Both the position numbers and the translations under genes were made by a program. The notes beneath the pieces are model-generated. The model saw nothing but the letters and a program-made list of their open reading frames with translations. It was not told the DNA's origin and ran no database searches. A stretch of DNA of 64,000 nucleotides from an uncultured Chloroflexia bacterium (GTDB lineage: Bacteria > Chloroflexota > Chloroflexia > QHBQ01 > JADMIH01). The DNA is taken from NCBI GenBank assembly GCA_963797095.1, contig CAWCNY010000005.1:352001-416000 (forward strand). The letters run 5' to 3'. Shown piece after piece: positions 38,158 to 47,349 of this stretch. Each line of letters opens with the position of its first letter. The stretch's first letter is position 1.

Positions 38158-39402
38158 TTAGGCCGCTTTTGGCTGGCTTTTTGTGGTTATTTGTGCTTCT
38201 ATTGAGGCGGCTCGGGCGGTGTACTGTGTCCATTCTTCGGCGCTGGTTGGGCTGTTGCCGTACCAGACTTCCTCGAAGCGACTCAGGAGGAGTTGCAGTT
38301 GGTCGTGGAGGGGGCCGGGCGCTCGGAAGAGGTATTCGCGGTTGGTGGCGCTACGGTCGAATACCAGCATACCTGCTTCGTCCAACGCCAGGAGCACCGC
38401 CAGGCAGCGATACCTGATCGCGCTGTGATAATCCCCTTCGGAGGCCGATTGATCGGCGCGAACGCGGGCCTCTTGCGCGCTCATGCCCAGCACGGATGCC
38501 AGGTCGGACACTGAGCGCACGCTGCCGGGGGCGCTTCCACGGTTCAGCCCCGCGAGGATGAGGCCAACCGCTACGGCGGCAACCGCCAACCCTACGGCGG
38601 TAAGCGCCTGGAATACAACATCGAAGTGCTCGGTCGCGAGATAAAAGATACCAGCCGCAAGGAGGCCACCAAGCGCCGAAAGCCCCAGGCGTGCCCACCT
38701 GTTGGGCACCCACTTATCGGTTGACAGGAAGATAATAGCGGCCACGGCTATGCCTGCGAGCAGCGACAAGAAGAGGCGGGACAGCACGCTGTCGGGGTCG
38801 CTTTCGCCTGTGAGGCTTGCGAGCCAGCGGGCGAGCTGGGCTAGCGGAGACTCCGACCGAGCATAGTCGTAAATCGGGTTGCTCAGGACTGAAGCGAGAG
38901 CCGCCTCTGCGTCAGCGCCCGACATAGTGCCATCGACCGCACCCACATGCCCGGCGGGGCCAACTTGCAGGCTCGACGCCAGGAGAGCAAGCCCGCTGCT
39001 GACCGCTTCGAGGTTGGGGTCGTCCTCTGCCAACTCCTGTAACAGGCGCGTGTTATCTACCTGTGCAAGCGTAGCCCCGCCTTCGGTGCCGGTGATAGAT
39101 GCTCCTTCTACGACCTGGAGATCGGCCTTCACACGTTTGATAGCCTCTTTGCGCGTGTCGCCCTCCGAGGAGAGGGCATTGTTCAGGTCGTTCTGGGCGG
39201 ACTGGATGGTGGCTCGGTAATCGGCCAGCGGCACGACTTTGCCGAGGGCGGGGCGTTGAGGGGGCGCGGGCGGGATGGGGCCACTTCCCTGGCGCAGGAA
39301 GAAGAACCATACCCCCAGGACGGCGATCAACACAACGGCAAGGAGGCTGCCCCAGCGCACATTGGCGGGTACCGTCCGTACTCTGGCGAGGAACTGCGTC
39401 AT
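38158..39402 (-). CDS. DUF4129 domain membrane protein
   Basis: C-terminal GDYHSAIRYR...LDEAG...TNREY...FEEVWYG. Confidence 0.82.
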   Translation of the reverse strand: MTQFLARVRTVPANVRWGSLLAVVLIAVLGVWFFFLRQGSGPIPPAPPQRPALGKVVPLADYRATIQSAQNDLNNALSSEGDTRKEAIKRVKADLQVVEGASITGTEGGATLAQVDNTRLLQELAEDDPNLEAVSSGLALLASSLQVGPAGHVGAVDGTMSGADAEAALASVLSNPIYDYARSESPLAQLARWLASLTGESDPDSVLSRLFLSLLAGIAVAAIIFLSTDKWVPNRWARLGLSALGGLLAAGIFYLATEHFDVVFQALTAVGLAVAAVAVGLILAGLNRGSAPGSVRSVSDLASVLGMSAQEARVRADQSASEGDYHSAIRYRCLAVLLALDEAGMLVFDRSATNREYLFRAPGPLHDQLQLLLSRFEEVWYGNSPTSAEEWTQYTARAASIEAQITTKSQPKAA

Positions 39403-39540
39403 GGCCGCCCTTTCGTGCCACCAGTATTCAGGACCTGGCCCACCGTGTGCACACCGAAGATGTAGGGAATATCCGGCATGAATTTAGCTTGCGGGTTGGG
39501 TATGTCGGTCTGCATGGGCGGTCGGACGTTGGGCGTGAGG

Positions 39541-40785
39541 CTACTGCTCGCTGCCAGGTTGTTGCGGGCTTCCGGGTGTTTCGGGAGGTTCGGGCCATTC
39601 GGACGGCTCGGGTGGAGAAGTGGGCCACCCATACTCGCTGCCAAACTCCTGCGCGGGAGGTAGCGGGTAGGTAGCGCCGTACTGTTGCGCCTGGGTGTCG
39701 CCTCCCAATTGGGGTGGGGTGTAACCGCTAATGGGCTGGGTCTGGCCGTACTGAGGTTGCCCGTGGCCCCCGTAAGCGCCGCCCCAGGCGGGCATGGGGG
39801 CGTTGGGCGCGTACCGCTGGGCCATAGCGGTCTCCAGGTCGTAGCCTTCTTTGCGCACCCGCAGGTCGAAATAGTAGAGGGTGATCGCTATCAGTTGGAG
39901 AGGTACATAGATAAGGGTCGTGAAGACGGTGACGAAACCGCTAAGTAGTTGCTGAAGCACAAGGTCGCGGGGGGCAAAGACCGAGACGAGGCCCGATATG
40001 ATGCTGGAGGGACCCAACTGCACCACCCACGAGAATACCAGTAGAAGGCCCTGCAAAGCCAGTGTGCGCCACCAGTAATTCTGAACAAGCCCCCAACTGC
40101 GACGGATACATTGCACAGGCCCAAGCCTCTCGACGATGAGGGCAGGTGTGGTGACTGTAAGGCGGATGGAGATATAGATAAGGGCGGCAACCGCCGGTAG
40201 GAATAGGAAGCACGAAAGACAGATCAGGCCTCCTCCCGCCGCGGCGGAGGTGTCATTGCCGAGGGCCAGTCCGAATGCGAACAAGAACATCAGCACAATT
40301 GGCAAGAAGAGGGCTATATAGATCAGCAGCTGGAGGAAGATGAGGCCGATAAGTGGGCCTGCGCTCTTGAACATCTGGCGGTAAGAGCTACCGAACCCGA
40401 CAGGGCGGTCAAGGTAGCTGTCGGCGACCCCCGCGATGAGCGCGCCTTCGCTCAGTTTCTGCAACAACCCATACAGGATAGAAAGGCCGAATATCGCGCC
40501 ATAAAGGACGAAGATAAAGCTGAAAACTTCGTTCATGCTGCCCGACGAGATGTCGCTTGACGTGAGATCGCCCTCGATGTTTGAGAGGTCTCCCAGCAGG
40601 AAGACGGTAGCGCCCTGAATCAGCAATTGCAAGGGAACGTGCACGACCGCGATGATGGCGACGAAGGTGAGGAAGCGCTTGCGATAGAGGCGGAATGCCT
40701 GGTCGAGCACCTCGGCTACGGTGCGAGGTCTGAGCCGTGAGATTATGGGGTCAATGGGGACGGCGGTTGTTGCGGACTGGTACAT
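39541..40785 (-). CDS. Multi-pass membrane protein (glycerophosphoryl diester phosphodiesterase membrane-domain-like)
   Basis: LRPRTVAEVLDQAFRLYR, ERLGP...RRSWGLV...WWR, LYYFDLRVRKEGYDL; Pro-rich tail. Confidence 0.8.
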   Translation of the reverse strand: MYQSATTAVPIDPIISRLRPRTVAEVLDQAFRLYRKRFLTFVAIIAVVHVPLQLLIQGATVFLLGDLSNIEGDLTSSDISSGSMNEVFSFIFVLYGAIFGLSILYGLLQKLSEGALIAGVADSYLDRPVGFGSSYRQMFKSAGPLIGLIFLQLLIYIALFLPIVLMFLFAFGLALGNDTSAAAGGGLICLSCFLFLPAVAALIYISIRLTVTTPALIVERLGPVQCIRRSWGLVQNYWWRTLALQGLLLVFSWVVQLGPSSIISGLVSVFAPRDLVLQQLLSGFVTVFTTLIYVPLQLIAITLYYFDLRVRKEGYDLETAMAQRYAPNAPMPAWGGAYGGHGQPQYGQTQPISGYTPPQLGGDTQAQQYGATYPLPPAQEFGSEYGWPTSPPEPSEWPEPPETPGSPQQPGSEQ

Positions 40786-40840
40786 TGGGGTTCCTATTGC
40801 TTACTGCTTACTTCGTATTGCGTATCTCATTGCCTTTCGA

Positions 40841-41296
40841 TCAGGTTGATGCCCTATCGCCGGTGTCTATCAGGATGGTGACGGGGCCATCGTTTAGTAG
40901 CGACACTTCCATGTGAGCGCCGAAGCGACCTGTCTCGACCTGTATGCCCGACCGGCGCATGTAATGGGCGCACCGCTCCACCAGCGCTTCAGCATGCTCC
41001 GGCGGGGCCGCGTCCACGAAGGAGGGCCTGCGGCCTTTGCGCGTGTCTGCGTATAGGGTGAACTGAGAGACAAGCAAAACTGACCCGTCCACATCGTCCA
41101 GAGCCAGGTTGAACTTACCTTCGGCGTCGGAGAAGACGCGCAGGCCCGCAATCTTACCCGCTATGTGGCGGGCAGCTTCTTCGGTGTCGTTCTTGCCGAT
41201 GCCCAGCAGAACAAGAAAGCCAACTCCGATCTTGCCGACAGTTTGCCCCTCGACAACTACTTCGGCATGGCGAACGCGTTGGATTACTGCTCTCAT
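40841..41296 (-). CDS. dtd: D-aminoacyl-tRNA deacylase
   Basis: [16 protein letters not shown]...GRRPSF, NDGPVT. Confidence 0.96.
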   Translation of the reverse strand: MRAVIQRVRHAEVVVEGQTVGKIGVGFLVLLGIGKNDTEEAARHIAGKIAGLRVFSDAEGKFNLALDDVDGSVLLVSQFTLYADTRKGRRPSFVDAAPPEHAEALVERCAHYMRRSGIQVETGRFGAHMEVSLLNDGPVTILIDTGDRAST

Positions 41297-41793
41297 TACT
41301 TATGCTTCGTATGTTCGTCACGAGCCAGAAGCGCCACGCAGTAGGCCGCCATCCCTTCGCCTGTGCCCGTGAAGCCAAGGCCATCGGTGGTCTTGCTTTT
41401 GACACTTATACGCTCCTCCTCGATCTGGAGCGTGGCCGCGATAACCGCTTTCATACGTGGGACGTGGGGCGACAGCCTGGGGCGCTGGGCCACTATTGTG
41501 CCGTCGAGGTTCTCGACGCGCCAGCCATGCTCGCGCACCAGGGCGGCCAGCTGCTTCAGCATGGAGATGCTGGAAATGCCCTCGATGCCTGGGTCGGACG
41601 ACGGGAAATGAGTGCCTATATCGCCAAGACCCGCCGCGCCCAGGATGGCATCGATTGCCGCGTGAAGCAGTACATCGGCATCAGAATGCCCGGCGAGGCC
41701 GCGCTCAAAGGGCACTTCAACCCCGCCCAGGATAAGCGGTCTCCCTTCGACCAGGCGGTGCGCGTCAAATCCCATGCCCACCCTGAAACTCAT
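41296..41793 (-). CDS. ispF: 2-C-methyl-D-erythritol 2,4-cyclodiphosphate synthase
   Basis: [38 protein letters not shown]. Confidence 0.96.
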   Translation of the reverse strand: MSFRVGMGFDAHRLVEGRPLILGGVEVPFERGLAGHSDADVLLHAAIDAILGAAGLGDIGTHFPSSDPGIEGISSISMLKQLAALVREHGWRVENLDGTIVAQRPRLSPHVPRMKAVIAATLQIEEERISVKSKTTDGLGFTGTGEGMAAYCVALLARDEHTKHK

Positions 41794-42515
41794 CTTCCCC
41801 GGCCTTTGAGAATTGCTTCGGCGATGATGAGGTCGAGGGGAGTGGTGATCTTGATGTTGGTGCGCTCGCCTTCATATACCTTCACAGGGTGGCCCAGCAG
41901 TTCTACAAGGCGGGCGCAGTCGGTGGCTTCCAGGCTGTCTTCGCGCAGGCGCAAAGCTTCGTAAGCACCCACAAGAAGGGAGGTACGAAAGACCTGGGGG
42001 GTCTGGGCCAACCACAGGTTTCCCCTGTCGAGGGTGTTTGTGACAGTCTTGCTGGCATCCACAGTTTTGACCGTTTCGGTGGCGGGAAGGGCAGCGATAG
42101 CCGCACCTACTTCGCGCGCGGCCTCCAGGCCACGGCTGATAAGGTCGGGGGTGACGAGGGGTCTCGCGCCATCATGGACTGCTACCCATTCAAACGGCTT
42201 GTTTATGCCCTCTATCTCGCGGGTGATGCGACCAATGGCCGTAAGGCCTGCCCGCACCGAGTCCTGGCGCTTCTCGCCCCCCGGCACCATAGCGCGCACC
42301 TTCCGCCAGCCGAATTGCGAGTTCAATTCAGCTGCGCCAGCCATGTTGTCGGGGTTGACCACCAGCGCGATAACGTCTACATCCTCGCACTCCTCGAACG
42401 CCGCTACCGTGCGCGCGATCACGGGCAAGCCGCCGATGGTGCGAAGTTGCTTATCGACCCCGCCCATGCGCTGGCTCTTGCCTGCCGCCACTATTATTGC
42501 TGCTAATTCTGCCAT
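41790..42515 (-). CDS. ispD: 2-C-methyl-D-erythritol 4-phosphate cytidylyltransferase
   Basis: AAGKSQRMG..K, GGEKRQDSV, VHDGARP, QTPQVF, NIKITTPLDL. Confidence 0.95.
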   Translation of the reverse strand: MAELAAIIVAAGKSQRMGGVDKQLRTIGGLPVIARTVAAFEECEDVDVIALVVNPDNMAGAAELNSQFGWRKVRAMVPGGEKRQDSVRAGLTAIGRITREIEGINKPFEWVAVHDGARPLVTPDLISRGLEAAREVGAAIAALPATETVKTVDASKTVTNTLDRGNLWLAQTPQVFRTSLLVGAYEALRLREDSLEATDCARLVELLGHPVKVYEGERTNIKITTPLDLIIAEAILKGRGR

Positions 42516-42590
42516 GATCCTCACAATTTCAGGGCCATGACCCCATCAATGGCCATGTTCTCATCAATTAGGAAGCCTGACGCCTGCCTT

Positions 42591-43811
42591 TTAGCCGGGC
42601 ATTTTGCCGTTCTTCATCTGCGCAAATATCATCCGCCCGGCCACGGTTTGCAGGACGCGGGTGACTACGACATCCACGTCACTGTTCATATATTTTCTGC
42701 CGTTCTCGACCACCACCATCGTGCCGTCGTCCAGGTAGGCTACGCCCTGGCCCAACTCCTTGCCTTCTTGTATGACATGTACGTGCATCTCTTCGCCCGG
42801 CAGAACCACAGGCTTGACCGCATTTGCCAGCTCGTTGATGTTGAGCACCTTGACGCCCTGTAGCTCGGCCACGCGGTTCAGGTTGAAGTCGTTGGTGATC
42901 ACGGGACAATGGTAAGTGCGAGCAACTTTGACTAGCTTGCTATCAACGCCCACCACATCGTCCGCATCAACTTCGCTGATCTGGAGGGGCACCACAGCCT
43001 CTTTCTGAAGGCGGTTGAGCATATCGAGGCCGCGCCGCCCACGCGCCCTTCGGAGCGGGTCGGCGGAGTCGGCGATGTGCTGAAGCTCCAGGAGCACGAA
43101 GCGCGGGACGAGAAGGGTGCCGTCGATGAAGCCCGCCTTGCTGATGTCGGCTATGCGCCCGTCGATGATGGCGCTGGTGTCTACGAGGAGGTATTTGTCG
43201 ATCTTGAGTCGGGAGTCTGATCCGGAGTTAAGGACACTTCCCATGTTGCTAAGTCCACCCGCTCCCATTGCTATCATGCCTGTGGATTCGGGCGGGAGCT
43301 GGGCTGTGGGGCCACCAAGCGCCTCAATACGAGATACGCGGCCCAGGCTGCTGGGATCTACGAGGATTGGAGAAGCCGAGGTGCGTTCAGCCTTGAGAGC
43401 ATCTATCACATCGCGTTTGCGCTGGGTAGCGGCGTACACGCCCAGGTAGGCGAGCAATAGGGTCATGACGGCGGGCGAAACGTTGCCAAGCCAACCGGGG
43501 AGGAGGCTGAGAGGCCAGGCTAACAGAGCGCCCATCAGCAAGCCGACAAAGAGGCCGGCTGCCAGCGCAATAAGATCGAGGGGAGGCATCAGCTTGAGCC
43601 TGTTACGGACCCAGCGGAAGGGGTAGACGGTTATATAGGGTGTGATCAGGAGGCCGACAATAGCGCCAATGAGGGTGAGATAGGCGATCAGGTCGTTGTA
43701 GCTGTCGCTGCCCGTCCCGTAAATGATAGGTGACAAATAGACGCCAAGAAGGAAGCCTGCCGCCGCGAACAGCGCCATGCCAAGCAGACGGATCGTTATG
43801 TTGAACGACAT
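42591..43811 (-). CDS. PIN/TRAM domain membrane protein (YacL-like)
   Basis: Four TM helices; DTSAIIDGRI, ELQHIADS...RGRRGL, TNDFNLN, GVAYLDDGTMVVVE; upstream of ispD as in other Terrabacteria. Confidence 0.92.
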   Translation of the reverse strand: MSFNITIRLLGMALFAAAGFLLGVYLSPIIYGTGSDSYNDLIAYLTLIGAIVGLLITPYITVYPFRWVRNRLKLMPPLDLIALAAGLFVGLLMGALLAWPLSLLPGWLGNVSPAVMTLLLAYLGVYAATQRKRDVIDALKAERTSASPILVDPSSLGRVSRIEALGGPTAQLPPESTGMIAMGAGGLSNMGSVLNSGSDSRLKIDKYLLVDTSAIIDGRIADISKAGFIDGTLLVPRFVLLELQHIADSADPLRRARGRRGLDMLNRLQKEAVVPLQISEVDADDVVGVDSKLVKVARTYHCPVITNDFNLNRVAELQGVKVLNINELANAVKPVVLPGEEMHVHVIQEGKELGQGVAYLDDGTMVVVENGRKYMNSDVDVVVTRVLQTVAGRMIFAQMKNGKMPG

Positions 43812-43876
43812 ACGCTCGTACCCATCATTCGTCCAGCACGCGCCGTGCAAAGCCCCGCGCTCTCCCTCTTAGTCTG

Positions 43877-43905
43877 ATGATAGCATACGGCATGGGTGGT
43901 GTCAA
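43877..43905 (-). promoter_or_regulatory. Sigma70-type promoter of the PIN/TRAM-ispD-ispF-dtd operon
   Basis: Minus strand TTGACA-N17-TATCAT with extended -10 TG. Confidence 0.7.
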
Positions 43906-43948
43906 AACGGACGAAGCAAGAGTGATACGCGAAACGTGATACATGACC

Positions 43949-44053
43949 TATTTCGTACTGCGTATTGCGTACTGCGTATTGCGTATTGCGTATTGCGTAT
44001 TGCGTATTGCGTATTGCGTATTGCGTATTGCGTATTGCGTATTGCGTATTGCG
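43949..44053. repeat. Heptamer array (TATTGCG), 15 units of which 11 are consecutive and perfect
   Basis: Counted directly; flanked by other heptamer types (GTGATAC and CGTCACT). Confidence 0.95.
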
Positions 44054-44125
44054 TATTTACGCGTCATTCGTCACTCGCCGCTCGTCACTCGCCGTCCTTT
44101 GTCGCACGAATCTGCTACAAAACTA

Positions 44126-44154
44126 TTGACACTGCTCCTATTGCCTGATATACT
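44126..44154 (+). promoter_or_regulatory. Consensus sigma70-type promoter
   Basis: TTGACA-N17-TATACT with TG-n extension. Confidence 0.78.
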
Positions 44155-44191
44155 AATTTCAACTTTTCGACCACTAAAAAGGAGCAGACTA

Positions 44192-44281
44192 ATGTCGAGG
44201 AACTTACTAGCCAGCTGGATTTATACCGGCGCACCCTTCGGACTCACTGTCCAGGGTAGGAGTTTGCCCACGCTCAGGTAG
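44192..44281 (+). CDS. 29-aa small ORF, candidate leader peptide MSRNLLASWIYTGAPFGLTVQGRSLPTLR
   Basis: AAGGAG SD 7 nt upstream, directly after a consensus promoter and before a terminator. Confidence 0.55.
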   Translation: MSRNLLASWIYTGAPFGLTVQGRSLPTLR

Positions 44282-44301
44282 GTCAACAGCAGTGTGACAC
44301 C

Positions 44302-44338
44302 GGCCGTGGGCGCAGACAGCACCCACGGCCTCTTTATT
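44302..44338 (+). terminator. Intrinsic terminator or attenuator hairpin
   Basis: GGCCGTGGG...CCCACGGCC followed by TCTTTATT. A second hairpin with T-tract lies at about 44374-44412. Confidence 0.7.
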
Positions 44339-44495
44339 CCTTGGGCACGAGGAGTAAACCCCCAAACAAGCAGGCCGATGGGTTCAATAAGAAGCCCACC
44401 GGCTCGTTTTGTCTAATTCGATCAACGCGAACGTCACGTCACACCTGCAAGGGTGAAAGGCCGCAAAGCACCACTAATGCGGCCAGGGGAAAAGA

Positions 44496-44966
44496 ATGAA
44501 CAGCTATAGAGAGATAGCCGAAAACAAACGGTTGGACCACTTGAAGCTGGCGCAGGTGGCCCTACAGCGCTACGGTTTACTGGAAGTAGGAGCCAGCATC
44601 TCCCTGATCGGCGATGTTGACCACGCCATCTTCAAGGTAAGCGTGCCCGCTGAGATGGGAGCAATCTTTCACCCATACCTGGGCCGTATCGAAGGCCAGC
44701 AGTTCCTGCTGCGCATCGAAGATATAGCCGATACGCGCATGGCGACCACATACTCTCAGTTGGCGCTCCTGGCTACAATGCTCCGCGATACCGACCTCTC
44801 GCTGCCGGAGCCGGTGCCAGCGACCGATGGGACACTGGTTCCGGAACTGGTAATCGGGACGGACGCCGATGGCAACGAGCCAAGGCAATGTGTGTTGTTC
44901 AGATGGGCCGGCCTCCCCTTCCCGGAGGCCGCCCTCAACCTGGCGAAGCACTGGCAAGAGAATTAG
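44496..44966 (+). CDS. APH/homoserine-kinase-type phosphotransferase, N-lobe only
   Basis: LAQVALQRYGL, FLLRI, LRDTDLSLPEPVPATDG, CVLFRW; no catalytic HxD or DF motifs before the stop. Confidence 0.6.
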   Translation: MNSYREIAENKRLDHLKLAQVALQRYGLLEVGASISLIGDVDHAIFKVSVPAEMGAIFHPYLGRIEGQQFLLRIEDIADTRMATTYSQLALLATMLRDTDLSLPEPVPATDGTLVPELVIGTDADGNEPRQCVLFRWAGLPFPEAALNLAKHWQEN

Positions 44967-45144
44967 CAAGATGAGGTAAAGGCGGTCCCTGGGCGCGGAT
45001 CGTCTTCACCGAGTCTTAATGATTCTCATTGCCAGGCTTAATGCCTTGACCCTATATTGACTCCTATAAAGACCTCCCACTTGCCGGGGCAACCCGGCTT
45101 ACGCGACAAAAAAGAGTGGGTATATAGAAATAGGAGGCGTATAG

Positions 45145-46023
45145 ATGGATAACGACGATCGCCCGGTTGGGCGCATATTGAACCGAAGGGAAGTGCTGGC
45201 TCTCATGGGAGCGGCAGGAGCGGCATTGCTGGTTGGGTGCTTGCCAGGATCGCAGACACCGCAGGCCACCGCAACAACCACCGAAGGTGCGACAAGCACT
45301 GCTACCCGGGTGCCCACGGCCACAAGCACCTCAACGGCAGGGGCAGCCGCCACAAGCACCGCCACGCAGGCTACATCAGCACAGGCAACCGGTACAGTCA
45401 CGGCCGTTACCGAGGCTGCCGCAACAATGCCATCGTGCGTGGTAAGCCCTGAATTGACCGAAGGGCCCTACTTCGTGGACGAGATGCTCAATCGTTCCGA
45501 TATAAGGTCTGACCCCTCGGATGGCTCGGTGAAAGAGGGCATGCCGCTTGAGATAACCATGCTGGTGTCGCAGGTCGGCAGTGGGTGCACTCCTCTGGCG
45601 GGCGCGCAGGTCGATATATGGCACTGTGACGCGCTTGGAGACTATTCGGATACGCAGGACCCCAACTGGAACACCGTAGGGCAGAAATTCCTCAGAGGTT
45701 ACCAGGTAACCGATTCGAGCGGGATGGTCAAGTTCACCACGATATACCCCGGTTGGTACAGGGGACGGGCGGTGCACATCCATTTCAAGATCCGCACGAA
45801 TCCCGGCTCAAATCAGGGATACGAGTTCACCTCGCAATTCTTCTTCGATGATACCCTCACCGACCAAGTGCACACGCAGGAGCCATACGCGAGCAAAGGC
45901 CAGCGCGACCTCAGGAACTCAGGCGATGGTATCTACCAGCAGAGCGGAGGGCAAACTCTGCTGACTCTGGTCCAGTCGGGCGACGGTTACAAGACGACGT
46001 TTGATATTGGCATGCAGATTTAG
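45145..46023 (+). CDS. Intradiol ring-cleavage dioxygenase-like Tat lipoprotein
   Basis: NRREVL...LVGC lipobox; TEGPY, VDIWHCDALGDYS, FLRGYQ, TIYPGWYRGRAVHIHFK. Confidence 0.88.
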   Translation: MDNDDRPVGRILNRREVLALMGAAGAALLVGCLPGSQTPQATATTTEGATSTATRVPTATSTSTAGAAATSTATQATSAQATGTVTAVTEAAATMPSCVVSPELTEGPYFVDEMLNRSDIRSDPSDGSVKEGMPLEITMLVSQVGSGCTPLAGAQVDIWHCDALGDYSDTQDPNWNTVGQKFLRGYQVTDSSGMVKFTTIYPGWYRGRAVHIHFKIRTNPGSNQGYEFTSQFFFDDTLTDQVHTQEPYASKGQRDLRNSGDGIYQQSGGQTLLTLVQSGDGYKTTFDIGMQI

Positions 46024-46097
46024 AGGCAATCGCCTACTTTTCCACCCTCCTCCGGTGTTATAATGCCTGTTGGATTATTACACCCGGAGGAGAGACC

Positions 46098-47207
46098 ATG
46101 ACCGCCATCTACGCAATGACTGAGACGCCCCTGCGCCGCCTCGCTTACCAACATATTCTGTCCGTCGAGCAATTCGAGCCGGAGACGCTGGAGAGCCTGT
46201 TCGGCTACGCCCAGAAGATGGACCGCCAGGTGGCAAGCGGAGGGGCCGAGCCTGTTTTGACCAATCGCGTGGTCGCGAACGTCTTCTACGAAGCTTCCAC
46301 GCGTACCGACCTTTCGTTCTCGGCAGCCACCCAGCGGCTAGGCGGGCGCGTGATCACCACGGCTGGCGGGGTGCATTATTCCTCCGTATCGAAGGGCGAG
46401 AGCCTGCACGACACCATCAAGACGATAGCCTGCTACTCGGACGCTATTGTCCTGCGCCACCCTCAAAGAGGGGCAGCCCGAGAGGCTGCGGCGGCCTCGG
46501 AAGCCCTCAGGCAATCGACAGGCAAGCCCGTGCCGATTATCAACGCCGGTGATGGCATTGGCGAGCACCCCACGCAGGCGCTCCTCGACCTCTACACCAT
46601 CAAGGATAGGTTTGGGGCCAACATCGACGGGTTGACAATCGGCTTCGTAGGGGACCTGCGTAACGGTCGAACTGTCCATTCGCTGATCAAGCTGCTGGCG
46701 CTCGATAAGTGCCATGTAAAGGTGGTCTGTATCGCTCCCGAAAGCCTCACCATGCCATCGGAATATGTGGAGTTCGCCCGGTCGCGCGAAATGCCTGTGG
46801 AAGAAACACAGGACTTGCAGGAAGCTATCAGGTCGCTCGATGTGCTCTATGTGACACGGGTGCAGCGCGAGCGATTCGTGGCGCAGCAACTGGACGAGTT
46901 GGCCGCGTCGATATACGGGCAGCCGCACGACAGTCTGGACAGCACGCGCAAAGAAGCGATCAAGCCGCTGGCCGAACAGAAGGCGGCACAGGAATACCTG
47001 GCGGCCCGCGATACATACGTGGTAGACCCCATGATGATGAGCCTGGCCCCCAAGGACATGATCCTGATGCACCCACTCCCACGCGTGAATGAGATCCCGG
47101 AGCAAGTGGACACCGACGACCGGGCATACTACTTCAGGCAGGTACAAAACGGCCTCTACATCAGGATGGCCCTGATGGCTTCGGTGCTGGACCGCGTGGG
47201 AGCATAG
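46098..47207 (+). CDS. pyrB: Aspartate carbamoyltransferase catalytic subunit
   Basis: FYEASTRT, KGESL, NAGDGIGEHPTQALLD, TRVQRER, MHPLPR. Confidence 0.95.
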   Translation: MTAIYAMTETPLRRLAYQHILSVEQFEPETLESLFGYAQKMDRQVASGGAEPVLTNRVVANVFYEASTRTDLSFSAATQRLGGRVITTAGGVHYSSVSKGESLHDTIKTIACYSDAIVLRHPQRGAAREAAAASEALRQSTGKPVPIINAGDGIGEHPTQALLDLYTIKDRFGANIDGLTIGFVGDLRNGRTVHSLIKLLALDKCHVKVVCIAPESLTMPSEYVEFARSREMPVEETQDLQEAIRSLDVLYVTRVQRERFVAQQLDELAASIYGQPHDSLDSTRKEAIKPLAEQKAAQEYLAARDTYVVDPMMMSLAPKDMILMHPLPRVNEIPEQVDTDDRAYYFRQVQNGLYIRMALMASVLDRVGA

Positions 47208-47228
47208 GCGCTCTACGCAACTCGATTG

Positions 47229-47269
47229 GAATAAATAAGTGGGCGGCTGAGCCGCCCACTTATTTATTC
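47229..47269. terminator. Perfect 19-bp inverted repeat, terminator-like
   Basis: GAATAAATAAGTGGGCGGC-TGA-GCCGCCCACTTATTTATTC, just after pyrB. Confidence 0.75.
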
Positions 47270-47349
47270 TGGAGCCCAATTCTTAGTCGCGAGATGAAAC
47301 GGGCCGCTTCTGATATACTATGTAAGATATTTATATAAGGAGAAAAGAG

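Noticed and set aside
43936-44281. ORFs with YCVLRIA repeats, or a CRISPR array
   Set aside because: These are translations of the (TATTGCG)n array. There are no spacers, no cas genes and no repeat-spacer array seen anywhere in the window.
44440-44490. Cyclic-di-GMP-I riboswitch (GAAAGGCCGCAAAGC)
   Set aside because: Only a short resemblance; the GGCAAAC/GNRA stem and receptor stem are not present in the right order.
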